Assembly: GCF_032191835.1 (NCBI RefSeq)
Contig: NC_083237.1
Span: forward strand, 39,990,001-40,054,000
Length of the DNA: 64,000 bases
Direction of reading: 5' to 3'
Source of the DNA: Heteronotia binoei
Taxonomy: Eukaryota
A program made the position numbers and the translations under genes. This document shows, piece after piece, positions 47,674 through 59,921 of this stretch (positions within the stretch are counted from its first letter, which is position 1; each line of letters starts with the position of its first letter). The notes beneath the pieces were generated by a model that was not told where the DNA came from, ran no database searches, and saw only the letters and a program-made list of their open reading frames with translations.

Positions 47674-49548
47674 GCAGAGGCTTGGCATTTGCGGTGGCAG
47701 AAGGAGCAAGGGGTTTAGACCTTGCCAGTGAGCACCCAGGCCTAAGCACCTGCGTTGGGCAGGCGATCCGTAGGAAGGCAGATGGGCTTCACGGCTCAAT
47801 GTCATGAATATGGATCGGGTTTTCATGCCTCCCCTTGGCCGCCCCCTTCTGGTGATCGAGGTTGGGTTAAGGGGAGGGCATGTGTGGTCTGCTGGCCCGG
47901 TTCTAGCCACTTCTGTATGGCTTGGACCTGGGGTTGGGTGGCTCGCCCTTTCGTGGGACTTGGCGAGGTCAGGCGTTGACCTCAGGGCTCGTCCCACTTT
48001 AGTTTACCTTGCCATGTTGTGTTATGTTAATAAAAGTGGCCCGTTTTTCCAAACTTTGTGTGTGCCTTTTTATTCCGTACTGAGGTTGCAAACCCTGTGG
48101 TTTAAAGAAGATTCAGCCTGTTTACAAATTCAAATCCTACCACAGAAATAAGGTTAAGCCAGGCCTTGGATTCAGTGGGAGCTCACAGGAGCACAGCTTC
48201 TGAACCTTTCTGACAGTTCCACCTCCTCCTCCCACCTTGTCCATTGAATAGTAAGTGCAGCTGCATAACAATCCCTGGATGAGCTCCACCACCTTTTTTC
48301 CCCTACAAAACAACCCCTGGGTTAAGCCAAAACGTCACTTCCTCTCTATGAAAGGAGCCAACATGTTTAATTTCAATCTTTGGCATCCAATATAATGCTA
48401 GGGTCATAAGTCATGTGAAATACCTCTTCCAGATATTCTGAGAAGCCATTTCCAGCCAGTGTAGACAATTCTAATTTTGTGAGATCAACAGTCTGACTCA
48501 GTAAAAGGCAGCTTAATGTGTAGGTATCCGAGTTCCTTGATGCATCAAAGGGTAAAGAGAGGCTGTCCCAGGAGAAGCTGTTTATTGGCTATTCTTCTAG
48601 GGATCTGAGGTGAAGACTCTAGCAATGAAGCCCTATCAGTCAGCACCTTATTTATTCTATGGCACATTAGAAAAGAAAATAATGCTTGGCACAACTCCTC
48701 AAAACTGACTGGCATACAGGTGTGAGTCACAGTGTAGTTACTAGCAATGCTGAAAGTCCGTATGGCTGCTCATTGGGTTGTAACAAAAAGTTATGGAAAC
48801 ATTTGGTTTATACTTTTTAAAATGTAGTTTAAGTTATAATCAAACATGATTCAGTTACATCGGTATGTTCAAACTAACTCCAACAGTGTGAATAGATCTA
48901 GGGACAGCAGCACATATTGATTTATATTACAGTAGCGCATAAAGATAAGATACAACATGAAAAACAATACTGTTTTCCAGATCTTTGGTGCTATAGGGTC
49001 ATTTAGTTGTAGAATGAAGCTTTACTTTTATCAGATCTGTAGAAGTGGGAAATTTGATTGCTTCTTCATCCAAAGAGGAATTAGCACATAGAATTCCCTG
49101 CTGCAGAAAATAGTGGCAACTAGAAGCACAGACAGCTTCAAGAAGGGATTGGATAAACATGGAGCAGATGTCCATCAGTGGCTATTAGCCACAGTGTGTG
49201 TGTGTGTGTGTGTGTATAAATATAAATTTTTGGCCACTGTGTGATACAGAGTATTGGACTGGATGGGCCGTTGGCCTGATCCAGCATGGCTTCTCTTATG
49301 TTCTTATGTTACATGAGTGGCTATTAACCACAAAGTATAGATGGAACATTTTGTCTGGGGCAGTGATGCTTTGTATTATTAGCCCTTGGTGGGGGGGCAA
49401 CAGGGGCAGAGCTTCTGGAGTTCTGGCCTCACTGGTGGACCTTCTAATATTATTTGGGTTTTGGCCACTATATGACAGAGTATAGTACTAGATGTACCAT
49501 TCTTATATTTTTTATGTTGATGCCTCTTCATGCAACTGTAAGAAAAGC

Positions 49549-52112
49549 GGTTCTAGGAAAAAAGCATAAAGACAAAACCTCACAGACATAAATGCTCAAA
49601 GGAAAAAAGCCCCCATGAAAAAACTCATACTGAAAGAAGTCCACATGGAAAAAAAGCCCACATGGAAAAATATGTAAAGCACCATAAATGTTTATAATTG
49701 TGGATTAGGTTTGCCATGGAATAGGGAATAGGGTTGCCAAGTCCAATTCAAAAAATATCTGGGAACTTTGGGGGTGGAGCCAGAAGCAAGGTTGTGACAA
49801 GTACAAGTGAACTCCAAAAGGAGTTCTGCCCATCACATCTAAAGGGACCACACTCCTTAATGCCTTCCCTCCTGTGATGGAATCGAAGGGTTAATGTAGT
49901 AGCTGAGGACTCAAAGAGCACTGAGTCATGTGACCCGAGCGTGAGGGCCAGGTGTGCTCAGAACTCTCAGGTCTTGAGTGACAGTTAACGGCTGAGGGGT
50001 TAACTGTCAGAAAACAGCGAGAAACAGTTGGAGACAGAGTGATGTGAAGGAGACTTCTTGGGGAGTGAAGCTCTCGGTGCACTCTGTGAAATCAGCCAGG
50101 TGGCTGTGTGGGGCATATCTATTGGTCACGGGTGCCCTTTAAGAAAGAGGAGGGTGACAAGAGAGTGTCAAGGTGGAAGACATTAGTGGTCACAGACATA
50201 TTTTACACTGCTCCTAAGAACTTATAAGGTGGCTGAGGCAGAGCTGCGGGTCTGTGGGAGTTGGGAGAGCTGGGGGCTGTCATACCAGTTGACTTGAGGG
50301 ACCAGGCACTTAAAGCCCAAGAGGCCAGCCTGAGTAAAGGTTTGGAGAGGGGAATAATAAAAGGACTGTGAATCCCGAAAAGCATCAGTGCCCTACTGAA
50401 AGTGTCAAGCCTACAGTCTGTATATAAACTGTTATTCATAGAAGACACAAACTATCCTCTGTATAAACATCGCTTCCCCCACTTCAAGCCTATCTGTAAA
50501 TAAAGTACGGTGGTTTATTGTTACGATCTCCGGTGCCTGAGTCTTTGGGAAAGACATTTAATCAGCAGTGATCCCCTCCTTAGCCATCAACAAGACCCCC
50601 GAAGTGACTAATATCATTATACGTCCTTGCTCAGTCACAGAAAAAGGCTGGCAACAGGCAGCCATTGCTATAATAGGTTATATCTCCATAGGAAATAATG
50701 AAGGATAGGGGCACCTTCTTTTGGGGCTCATAGAATTGGACACCCTGGTCCAGTCCTTTTTAACCTTGGAGGGTATTTTGGGGAGAGGCACTGGATGCTA
50801 TGCTGCAAATGCGGTGCATCTACCTCAAAAAACAGCCCCCCCCCCCGAGCCCAAGATACCAGTGGATTAATTCTCCACTATACCATTTTTTTTTAATTAA
50901 TTCCAACTATGTTTATTGATTTCTTCCTTCCAGATACTTGCCAGAGTCAGTCCTGCTTTGCTTCTTAGATCTATGTGACCTTAACTACTTCTACAATTTA
51001 AAAAAGGGAAGCCATCACAGAGCAGGCAGTAATTTGCCTAATCCAAAAACCATACATTTTGACATTCTTGAAAAGTATTGGGAACTGATACTTCACAATT
51101 CTGGTGTGGAAAAATCCAGACAGAATTCTGGTTTTCGGTGATAGAGATCTTATGTTTGAGTTAAACAAAGATACCATCTATGGAGATAGCACCTTTGATA
51201 AAGTGCCAAATATGTTTTACCAACTGTACACATGGCATGCCAATGTCAGTAATTCATATCTACCACGTATTTACATTTTACTTCAGAAAAAGAACACGAA
51301 CACCTATAACAGAGTGTTTGAAATAATGAAGCTATTGATTCCAGATAAACTGTTGTGGGGACACAATGCTCTTAATTCCTTGATGCATTTCAGTCATCCC
51401 AGTGTGTGGTCTCTATTTGATGGACTGCAGAGGAACCTGGCTTGTCACAAACTAACATTGGCTAATGCACAGGCAGGTCGCCTAGAGGTAGAAAAGAGGA
51501 AATATGAGGCACTAATTTACATGGTTGCCACTTCTGTGCAACAATATGAGCAGGTGGAAGAAAGTTGTTTAAAGAGATTGGCTAATTTTCAATGAAGAAT
51601 TATATCTGAGTTATTATTGTTGCTGTTAAATAATTGTTGCTTTTACTATTAGAGTTAGATAGTCTTTTGTTGTGGTCACTGGGTGTACCACAATGTATTA
51701 ACATTAAAAAGTTTGACAAATTGTAAATTAATAAAGTTAAAGTATTTAATTTTATTTAAATATATATTTCTATGTAGAGTTTAATTTCTGTTATTATTGC
51801 TTTTCCTTCTTAATAAAGTTCATTGATAACAAAATGGTCACTTCTTGTTGCATTTGAATATGACATGTTTTAATCCTAAAATAACAACAAAATATTATTA
51901 ATGGTTATCCACAAGTATAAAAATCTACGGTGCTTTACATATTTTTCCATGGGAGCTTTTTTCTATGTGGGCTTCTTTCAGTATGGACTTTTTTCTGTGT
52001 AGGCATGTTTCCATGGGAACTTTTTTCCTGTGGGCATTTATGTCTGTGGGGTTTTTTCTTTGGGCTTTTTTTCCTTTGGGATTTTTTTCCTTTGTGCTTT
52101 TTTCCGGTTACC
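49549..52112 (+). mobile_element. Degenerate Mutator (MULE)-like DNA transposon
   Basis: Long imperfect TIRs (about 49549-49700 and 51920-52112) built of ggaaaaaag subrepeats; transposase fragment 51104-51595 (YGDSTFDKVPNMFYQLYTWH..LP.IYILLQKK..TY); no TSD recognised. Confidence 0.7.
49873..50683 (+). mobile_element. Solo LTR (811 bp) inside a MITE inside the MULE
   Basis: TG start, TATATAAA near 50422, AATAAA near 50498, 4-bp TSD ctcc; the MITE halves rejoin as ccctcc-ataggaaat. Confidence 0.7.
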
Positions 52113-52999
52113 CTTAAAACATCAATTCAGTTCTAATATCCTCAGTGATGGCTGTCATTTCAGTTAAATGCTATCTGGAATAGCATAGTTTTGCAGGCCT
52201 TGCGGAACTGGTCAAGGTCCTGTAAGGCTCTGACATCCGCTGGGAGTTGGTTCCACCAGTAAGGGGCGGCAATTCAGAAGGCTCTTTCTCATGTTGTTTT
52301 GAGTCTTGTCTCCCTTGGCCCAGGGATCACAAGCAAATTTTGGGTTGCTGATCTAAGTACCCTCTGAGGAATATGTGGGGTGAGATGGCCTTTAAGGCAG
52401 CTAGGCCCTCAGCCATATAGGGCTTTAAAGGTAATGACCATCACCTTCTAGCAAATCCATTTTGCCATTGGATTTAGCTAAAGTTGCTAAAATATCCTCT
52501 TATGTAGAAGTATTCAAGAACATAGAAGTCCAGTTTTGCTTTCTCTCTGTTCAGTTATGGAGCCAGACTAACCAGAGAGAAACCTGCCCTCTTCAGGAGG
52601 AGAAATAGAAATGGCCAGCCTCATTAAAGGTAAAGATAGTCCCCTGTACAAACACCCTTTGAAAGTCACTGACCCATGGGGTGATGTTACATCAGGGCAT
52701 TTTCTTGGCAGACTTTTATGGAGTGCCTTCCCCAGTTATCTTCACTTTATTGGGTACTGATTTTACTGGCCTTGGAGGGATGGAAGGCTGAGTCAACCTT
52801 GAGTGGGCTACCTGAACCCAGCTTCCACTATGATCAAACTCAGTGTGTGAGCAGAGCTTGGACTACAGAACTGCGGCTCAGCACGCTGGGCCATGGGGTT
52901 CCTCATTAAGAAACCTTAAAGTAAGTAAGGCTCCTGGCCCTGACTTTATGGTTAACAAAGTCTTTAAGAGAAATGTCCCCGGTTCTTCTCAAATATCTG

Positions 53000-53612
53000 T
53001 AATTCTGGCTCCATAGAACAGTCTTGGCTCAATTTGATAATTATTCCAATTCATTTAAAAATGTGATTACTCTGTTCCGGACAGCTATAGTTTGCTTTCT
53101 GTATATGTAAACTATTTAGTTCTTTCCTATTGACAAATTACAGATTTGGCTGTCAGATAATCTAATTATTATGCCTTCTCAGAGTGATTTTAAAATACAA
53201 GCCTCTCCTTCAGATCATTGTGCAGTCCTTGCCCATTTGGTTGAAAACGATATTAAACTTTATGTGGTCCTTATGGATTTATAAAGGGCCTTTGATTATA
53301 TCCCCCATAATAAATTGTGGCAAAAATTAGCAATGATCTCTATGGTCCATTGGCTTCTTTGGCTAATCCACAAATTATATCAAAATAATACTGCGCAGCT
53401 GAGATAAGGTAATAGTTGTCAATTGACCAGAGAAATCAAAATAAATAGAGGTATTCAACAAGGCCACCTTTGGATTCCTTTTCTTTTTAACTTCTATGTA
53501 AATGTCATCTATAGTCACTTTTCTGGTGAATTTTTCCATTCACCTCACCTGTTCCATGCACTGTTTTATGCCAAAGATGACATTTTGTTATCTCAGTCTT
53601 GTGTCGTCTTAA
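53000..53612 (+). mobile_element. Old LINE RT fragment (RTE-X-like), continues at about 56213-56275
   Basis: INRGIQQG..PFLFNFYVN..LFYAKDD; interrupted by the CR1. Confidence 0.55.
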
Positions 53613-53614
53613 GA

Positions 53615-56083
53615 TAATTACTGGATTATAATATGATGGAAGGATTAAAGATAGCGGCTAAACGTAAAAACTGTGTCGTAATAGGTGATTTTAACTACCA
53701 GCAGATTGATTGGGTCAATATGTGTTCTGGTCGAGAGAAAGAGACTGAGTTTCTTGATGCTCTCAATGACTGTGCTATGGAGCAGATGGTCTCAGAACCT
53801 ACCAGGGGTGTGGCGATCCTGGATTTGGTCCTAAGTAATGCCCAAGACTTGGTGAGAGATGTAAAAGTGATCGCACCGCTTGGGAGCAGTGACCATAACG
53901 TTATTGTTTTCACCATTTGTATAAATAGGGAGTTGCCCCAAAAGACCGGCACAACCACGTTTAACTTTAAAAGGGGTAAATTCTCTGAGATGAAGAGGCA
54001 TGTGAAGAGGAAACTGAAAGGAAAGGTAAATACGGTCAAAACCCTCGGGGAAGCTTGAAGGCTATTTAAAACTACAATCCTAGAAGCTCAGATAAAATAT
54101 ATACCACAAGTTAGGAAAGGCACAAACAGGTATAAGAAAAGGCCCACATGGTTAACAAACAAAGTAATAGAAGCTGCAAAAGGTAAAAGGACTCCTTTAA
54201 GTGGTGGAAAACCAGTCCAAGTGAGCTTAATAAATGGGAACACAGACTGTGGCAAATCAAGTGCAAGACTGTGATCAGGCAGGCAAAAAGGGACTATGAG
54301 GAGCATATTGCAAAAAACATAAAGACCAACAATAAAAATTTATTCAAATATATTAGAAGCAGGAAACCAGCCAGGGAGGCAGTGGGGCCCTTGGATGACC
54401 AGGGGGTCAAAGGATTACTGAAGAAGGATAGGAAAATGGCTGAGAAGCTGAATGCATTTTTTGCCTCCGCCTTCACTGTGGAAGAGGAGAAGTATTTGCC
54501 CGCTCCAGAACCACTTATTTTGGAAGGGGTGTTGAAAGACCTGAGTCAGATTGAGGTGACAAAAGAGGAGGTCCTACAACTGATAGACGAATTAAAAACT
54601 AATAAGTCACCAGGTCCGGATGGCATACATCCTAGAGTTCTAAAAGAACTCAAAGTTGAACTTGTGGATCTTCTGACAAAAATCTGTAATCTTCATTGAA
54701 ATTTTCCTCCGTTCCTGAGGACTAGAAGGTAGCAAATGTCACCCCCATCTTTAAAAAGGGTTCCAGAGGAGATCTGGGAAATTACAGGCTAGTCAGTCTG
54801 ACTTCAATACCGGGAAAGTTGGTAGAAACCATTATCAAGGACAGAATGAGTAGGCACATTGATAAACACAGGTTATTGAGGAAGACTCAGCATGGGTTCT
54901 GTAAGGGAAGATCTTGCCTCACTAACCTGTTACATTTCTTTGAGGGGGTGAACAAACATGTGGACAAAGGAGACCCAATAGATGTTGTTTACCTTGACTT
55001 CCAGAAAGCTATTGATAAAGTTCCTCATCAAAGGCTCCTTAGAAAGCTTGAGAGTCATGGAGTAAAAGGACAGGTCCTCTTGTGGATCAAAAACTGCCTG
55101 AGTAATAGGAAGCAGAGAGTGAGTATAAATGGGCAGTCTTTGCAGTAGAGGACGGTAAGCAGTGGGGTGCTGCACGGCTCAGTACTGGGTCCCATGCTCT
55201 TTAACTTGTTCATAAATGATTTGGAGTTGGGAGTGAGCAGTGAAGTGGCCAAATTTGCAGATGACACTAAATTGTTCAGGGTGGTGAGAACCAGAGAGGA
55301 TTGTGAGGCACTCCAAAGGGATCTGTTGAGGCTGGGTGAGTGGGCGTCAATGTGGCAGATGAGGTTCAATGTGGCCAAGTGCAAAGTAATACACATTGGG
55401 GCCAAGAATCCCAGCTACAAATACAAGTTGATGGGGTGTGAACTGGCAGAGACTGACCAAGAGAGAGATCTTGGGGTTGTGGTAGATAACTCACTGAAAA
55501 TGTCAAGACAGTGTGCGATTGCAATAAAAAAGGCCAACACCATGCTGGGAATTATTAGGAAGGGAATTGAAAATAAATCAGCCAGTATCATAATGCCCCT
55601 GTATAAATCGATGGTGTGGACTCATTTGGAGTACTGTGTGCAGTTCTGGTCGCCGCACCTCAAAAAGGATATTATAGCATTGGAGAAAGTCCAGAAAAGG
55701 GCAACTAGAATGATTAAAGGGCTGGAACACTTTCCCTATGAAGAAAGGTTGAAACGCTTGGGACTCTTTAGCTTGGAGAAATGTTGACTGCGGGGTGACA
55801 TGATAGAGGTTTACAAGATAATGCATGGGATGGAAAAAGTAAAGAAAGAAGTACTTTTCTCCCTTTCTCACAATACAAGAACTCGTGGGCATTCGATGAA
55901 ATTGCTGAGCAGACAAGTTAAAACAGATAAAAGGAAGTACTTCTTCACCCAAAGGGTGATTAACATGTGGAATTCACTGCCACAGGAGATGCTGGCGGCC
56001 ACAAGCATAGCCACCTTCAAGAGAAGTTTAGATAAAAATATGGAGCAGAGGTCCATCAGTGGTTATTAGCCACAGTGTGTGTA

Positions 56084-56139
<56 letters not shown>

Positions 56140-56212
56140 CCACTGTGTGACACAGAATGTTAGAGTGGATGGGCCATTGGCCTGATCCAACATGGCTTCT
56201 CTTATCTTCTTA
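53615..56212 (+). mobile_element. CR1 LINE, 5'-truncated within the endonuclease, with stops and frameshifts
   Basis: VIGDFN, SDHN, PGPDG, YLDFQKA, KFADDTKL; 3' UTR with (GT)n(AT)n and the CR1 terminal motif. Confidence 0.92.
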
Positions 56213-56688
56213 TTATGCTTTTATATGTTATTGCTCCCAGGATAGTTAAATATTAACTATCAAACTATACGCCCAAGACAGCCACAGCTGCTGGTGGTCC
56301 TCAGCCTGAGAGACATCCAGGTGTTCTCAACTAGGGCCAGGACCTGTTCTGCCCTGCCCCCCAACTGGTGGAACTCTCCGCCAAATTCCATCCAGGCCTT
56401 GCAGGACCTACTACCTCCAACCACTGCCATAGTCAATCCACAGCCTGTAAAGCAGAGATATTCTACCAGGCATCTGGCTAAGGGCAGCTATGATTGCATC
56501 TTGGCACTTTCACTTTCATCCCCTCCCCCCTCCTATAATGACATAGCAGCAGCAGCAGAATTCTAAGGCCATTGTTTTTCAAAACATAATATCTTATAAT
56601 TTAATTTATTCTAAGGGTTTTGTTTTTATTAGAGTTTGTAGAATCTTTCGGGCTCAAGTGCCGTGTTCTACTGGAGAAAGTTTTCCTT

Positions 56689-56729
56689 CCAGACGTTTCG
56701 TTCTCAGCTGCGGAGAACATCCTCAGTGG
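56689..56729 (-). ncRNA. Minimal hammerhead ribozyme in the pLTR
   Basis: CCA-CUGAGGA-U-GUUCUC(7)GAGAAC-GAAA-CGUC/UGG. Confidence 0.8.
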
Positions 56730-57705
56730 CGTTGCAGCCGGAGCAGGCGCTCAGACCTCCTTGGCTGCTGTGCATTGAGTGGGGCCAGGGCTGCTGGAAA
56801 GCTGCTATTTGTAGGCTGGAGGGGGTGTGATGAAAGGGCAATTGGTTTGTGGATGTGCCCATTGTTTGGTGGGGCTTTCTGGAAGGGTAGTGATAAGGAA
56901 ACTGGCTGTTGAATGTGACCATTGTTCTGTGTTAATTGCTGGGAAGGTTGGAAGGGGTTTGAAGATAAAGAAGATGGTTGTTGACTGTGCTAATTGTTCT
57001 GTGGAATTTGCTGGTTGTTCTGAGACTTTCTGCAATTTATAGTCTGTAGGGTGTTTTGCAGAGCTGGGTACCAAGATTGGTGGATGAAAATGCCTTCTTC
57101 CTTTCTGTTAAAATTGTCCTGGTGTTTGTAAATCTCAATAGCTTCTCTGTTCAGGCGGGTATGATAATGTGAGACCGTAGAAAGGACTTCAGTTCTTTCA
57201 AAGTGGATGACGTGGTCTCCTTCTTGAAGTGCATGTTCAACTACAGCTGATTTTTTCTGGCTGAAACAAGTGACAGTGTCTCTTGTGTTCGGTGAGACGG
57301 GTGTTGATACTGCGTTGGGTAGTACCAATGTAGACTGCACCACAGGAGCAGGGTATTTTATAGACTCCAGGGGTTGAAAGTGGATCTCTCATATCTTTGG
57401 CCGAGCGCAGCATGTGGCGGATCTGTTGTGTGGGCTTGAAGACTGTGTCAACATTACGGTGTTTGAGAATTTTGCCAATGTGGTCGGTGACAGATTTTAT
57501 GTAGGGCAGGAAGGCTGTACCCACATTTGTGTGTGGCTCGGAATTTGGTGTGGATGGTCTCCTGGGATGGAGGGCTCTTCTAATTTCTTGTTGGGAGTAT
57601 CCATTGGCCTGCAGTGACTGCTACAAATAGCAGCTCTCCAGCAGCCCTGGCCCCACTCAATGCACAGCAGCCAAGAAGGTCTGAGCGCCTGCTCCGGCTG
57701 CAACG

Positions 57706-57746
57706 CCACTGAGGATGTTCTCCGCAGCTGAGAACGAAACGTCTGG
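57706..57746 (+). ncRNA. Minimal hammerhead ribozyme in the inverted pLTR
   Basis: Identical motif; predicted cleavage after C57743. Confidence 0.8.
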
Positions 57747-58497
57747 AAGGAAAACTTTCTCCAGTAGAACACGGCACTTGATCCCGAAAGATTCTACAAA
57801 CCCTAATGATGTTACCAGCCGTGAAAACTTGAAATCTTTGGGGGTTTTTTAAAAAATTATAATTATATTTTTAATTAATCAAGATGAGTGCAGCTATCAG
57901 GAATGGAGGTCAAAATTCCAGTTAAATAAATAAACAATAAATACTTCTGTGTTTCCACATGTTTGTTCATATATCTATTTGGCTTATGATTGTTGGTCTA
58001 TGAGCACAAATAAAATAATCAAAATGTTCCCTGTTGACTGCCATTGTTTATAATGATATTTAGAGACTTGCAAACTTCTTTGCTCTTCACAAAAGTACAA
58101 TGTTTAGAATAAAGTCAAGAATCAGCTGTGTTTTGTTTTTTTACTACATAGTAACTTATTTGCTATCCCAATTACCATTGTGTAAATGTCATGTGTTAGA
58201 CGTTTTCACACCAGAAATGAATACTTATCTGATAACTATCTTTTTTTTTTTTTTTAGGGGGGAATAGTTAAAATATACCGTATTCCTAATACTACCAATA
58301 TGTTGACAGTAAAATCAATAGCAGCATAAAAAGGATTTGGGAAGTTTATTTTTTCCTTTGTTTGTATTTCATTCGACTAAAACTGAAAACTCAAGTATAT
58401 AAATAGAATTGAAACTAATAAAGAAGCCTGCAATTGGTCCACCTTCCAGATTTTATTCCAGATGAGACTGATTTAATTACTCTCTATCTCCAACAAA

Positions 58498-59445
58498 TCA
58501 CTTGAAAACCCCAAACTTGTTTACAGCTCTCCTTAAAGCTTTTTTTACCTCTTTGTTTCTTAGACTATAGATAAGGGGATTAATTAGAGGTGTTAAGACT
58601 GTGTAGAAGACTGAGAAGATCTTGTCCAGTTTTCTCAGAGCTTCTTTTTGTGGTAACACATATACAAATATCAGTGAACCATAAAATATGGAAACTACAA
58701 TGAGGTGGGAAGAACAAGTGGAAAAGGCCTTTTTTCTCCCATCAGAAGATGGGATTTGTATGATGGCGGCAATTATACAAATGTAAGACAACAGGGTCAG
58801 CAGAAAAGAAGGAACACTATCTATGACAGATACTGTGAGGCCCACCAGTGTCACCAGAGTTGTGTCACTGCACGATAGATCAATAACTGGTGCCAGATCA
58901 CAAAAGAAACGATCAATTTCATGGGGGCCACAGTAATTCAGCTGTGACAGCAAACTCATTAGTAAAGTCATAACTGTTATCCCACAAATCCAAGATGCAG
59001 CTGACAACAGAAAGCAGAGTCTTCTGTTCATGAGAGTTGAATATTGGAGGGGCTTGCATATTGCCAAAAACCGATCATAGGACATTGATGCCAGTAAGTA
59101 GCATTCAGCAATGGTAGGTATACCAAAGCAATAAAGCTGGATATAGCAGCCTCCAACAGAAATGGTTCTGTCCCCCGTTAGGAAACTTGTCAAAAGCCTG
59201 GGAAGAAGGGTTGAAGTGTAGAAGGATTCCAAGAAGGACAAGTTTCCAAGGAAGAAGTACATGGGGATGTGAAGGTGATGATCTGTGATTACTAACACAA
59301 TGATGATGATGTTTCCAACCATGGTCACACTGTAGATTAATAGGAAAACCAGGAAGAGAGGAATCTGGAGTTCAGAGTCATTCCCAAACCCCAGAAGAAT
59401 AAATGTAGTTACTGCTGTTTTGTTGTCTGTCTCCATAGGCTCCAT
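58498..59445 (-). CDS. Olfactory receptor, class II (OR4), 315 aa
   Basis: OR motifs intact except DRY to DRF and HFFCD to RFFCD; acceptor near 59459. Confidence 0.93.
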   Translation of the reverse strand: MEPMETDNKTAVTTFILLGFGNDSELQIPLFLVFLLIYSVTMVGNIIIIVLVITDHHLHIPMYFFLGNLSFLESFYTSTLLPRLLTSFLTGDRTISVGGCYIQLYCFGIPTIAECYLLASMSYDRFLAICKPLQYSTLMNRRLCFLLSAASWICGITVMTLLMSLLSQLNYCGPHEIDRFFCDLAPVIDLSCSDTTLVTLVGLTVSVIDSVPSFLLTLLSYICIIAAIIQIPSSDGRKKAFSTCSSHLIVVSIFYGSLIFVYVLPQKEALRKLDKIFSVFYTVLTPLINPLIYSLRNKEVKKALRRAVNKFGVFK

Positions 59446-59921
59446 AATTTGAATCTCTGAAAATAAAATTAGAATATCATAAGTCTCCAAGACCCAAGGC
59501 CTAGACATTATTTTACCTTTCTCCCACAATTAATGCTGAGACTTATAAAGTGTTCCCATGTGTTTTATCTGGACATGGGGAAACCACCCCCCAAAATATT
59601 TTTCTCTCATTAAGTTAATTGTGCAGCTATTACCTCAAGTGAGAGATCATCTCATTGTTACTTGATGAGAACATTAAATAAGGATATTGCAATCCATTGT
59701 TAATGCCGGATGTTAATACAACTAGTAGCAGGCATCATTCATTCATTCATTCATGTTACTTCATTTATACTGTGCATTTTTCTCCAGTGGGGACTGGAAA
59801 TGGCTTAGATCATGTTCTGATCCTCCATTTATCTTAACAATAGTCCTGTGAAGTAGGTCAAGCTGATAGCAGGTGTCTGATTTCCTCCAAGCAAAGACCT
59901 AGTCTGTAAGGAGTTGAATCC

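Larger units (their letters stand above)
43464..48091 (+). mobile_element. Ngaro-type element, copy 4 (A1-gag-RT'/YR-SGNH-B; no A2/B2)
   Basis: Starts AATCCGGCCCC; gag ATG 44284 (frameshifted); single B repeat with AATAAA near 48028. Confidence 0.9.
56637..57840 (-). mobile_element. Penelope-like element, 5'-truncated, with an inverted pLTR
   Basis: GIY-YIG endonuclease (GVYKIPCSCGAVYIG..R..EH..REAIEI..NFN); 56637-56815 is inverted at about 57625-57802. Confidence 0.9.

Noticed and set aside
49549-49700. CRISPR-like or other repeat-spacer array
   Set aside because: Short degenerate subterminal repeats of a DNA transposon in a vertebrate genome; no constant repeat with unique spacers anywhere in the window.
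59446-59529. 28-aa N-terminal extension of OR4 in the ORF track
   Set aside because: It runs through the polypyrimidine tract and acceptor conserved in all four paralogues, so it is intron sequence. The GTG starts given for OR1-3 are rejected for the same reason.
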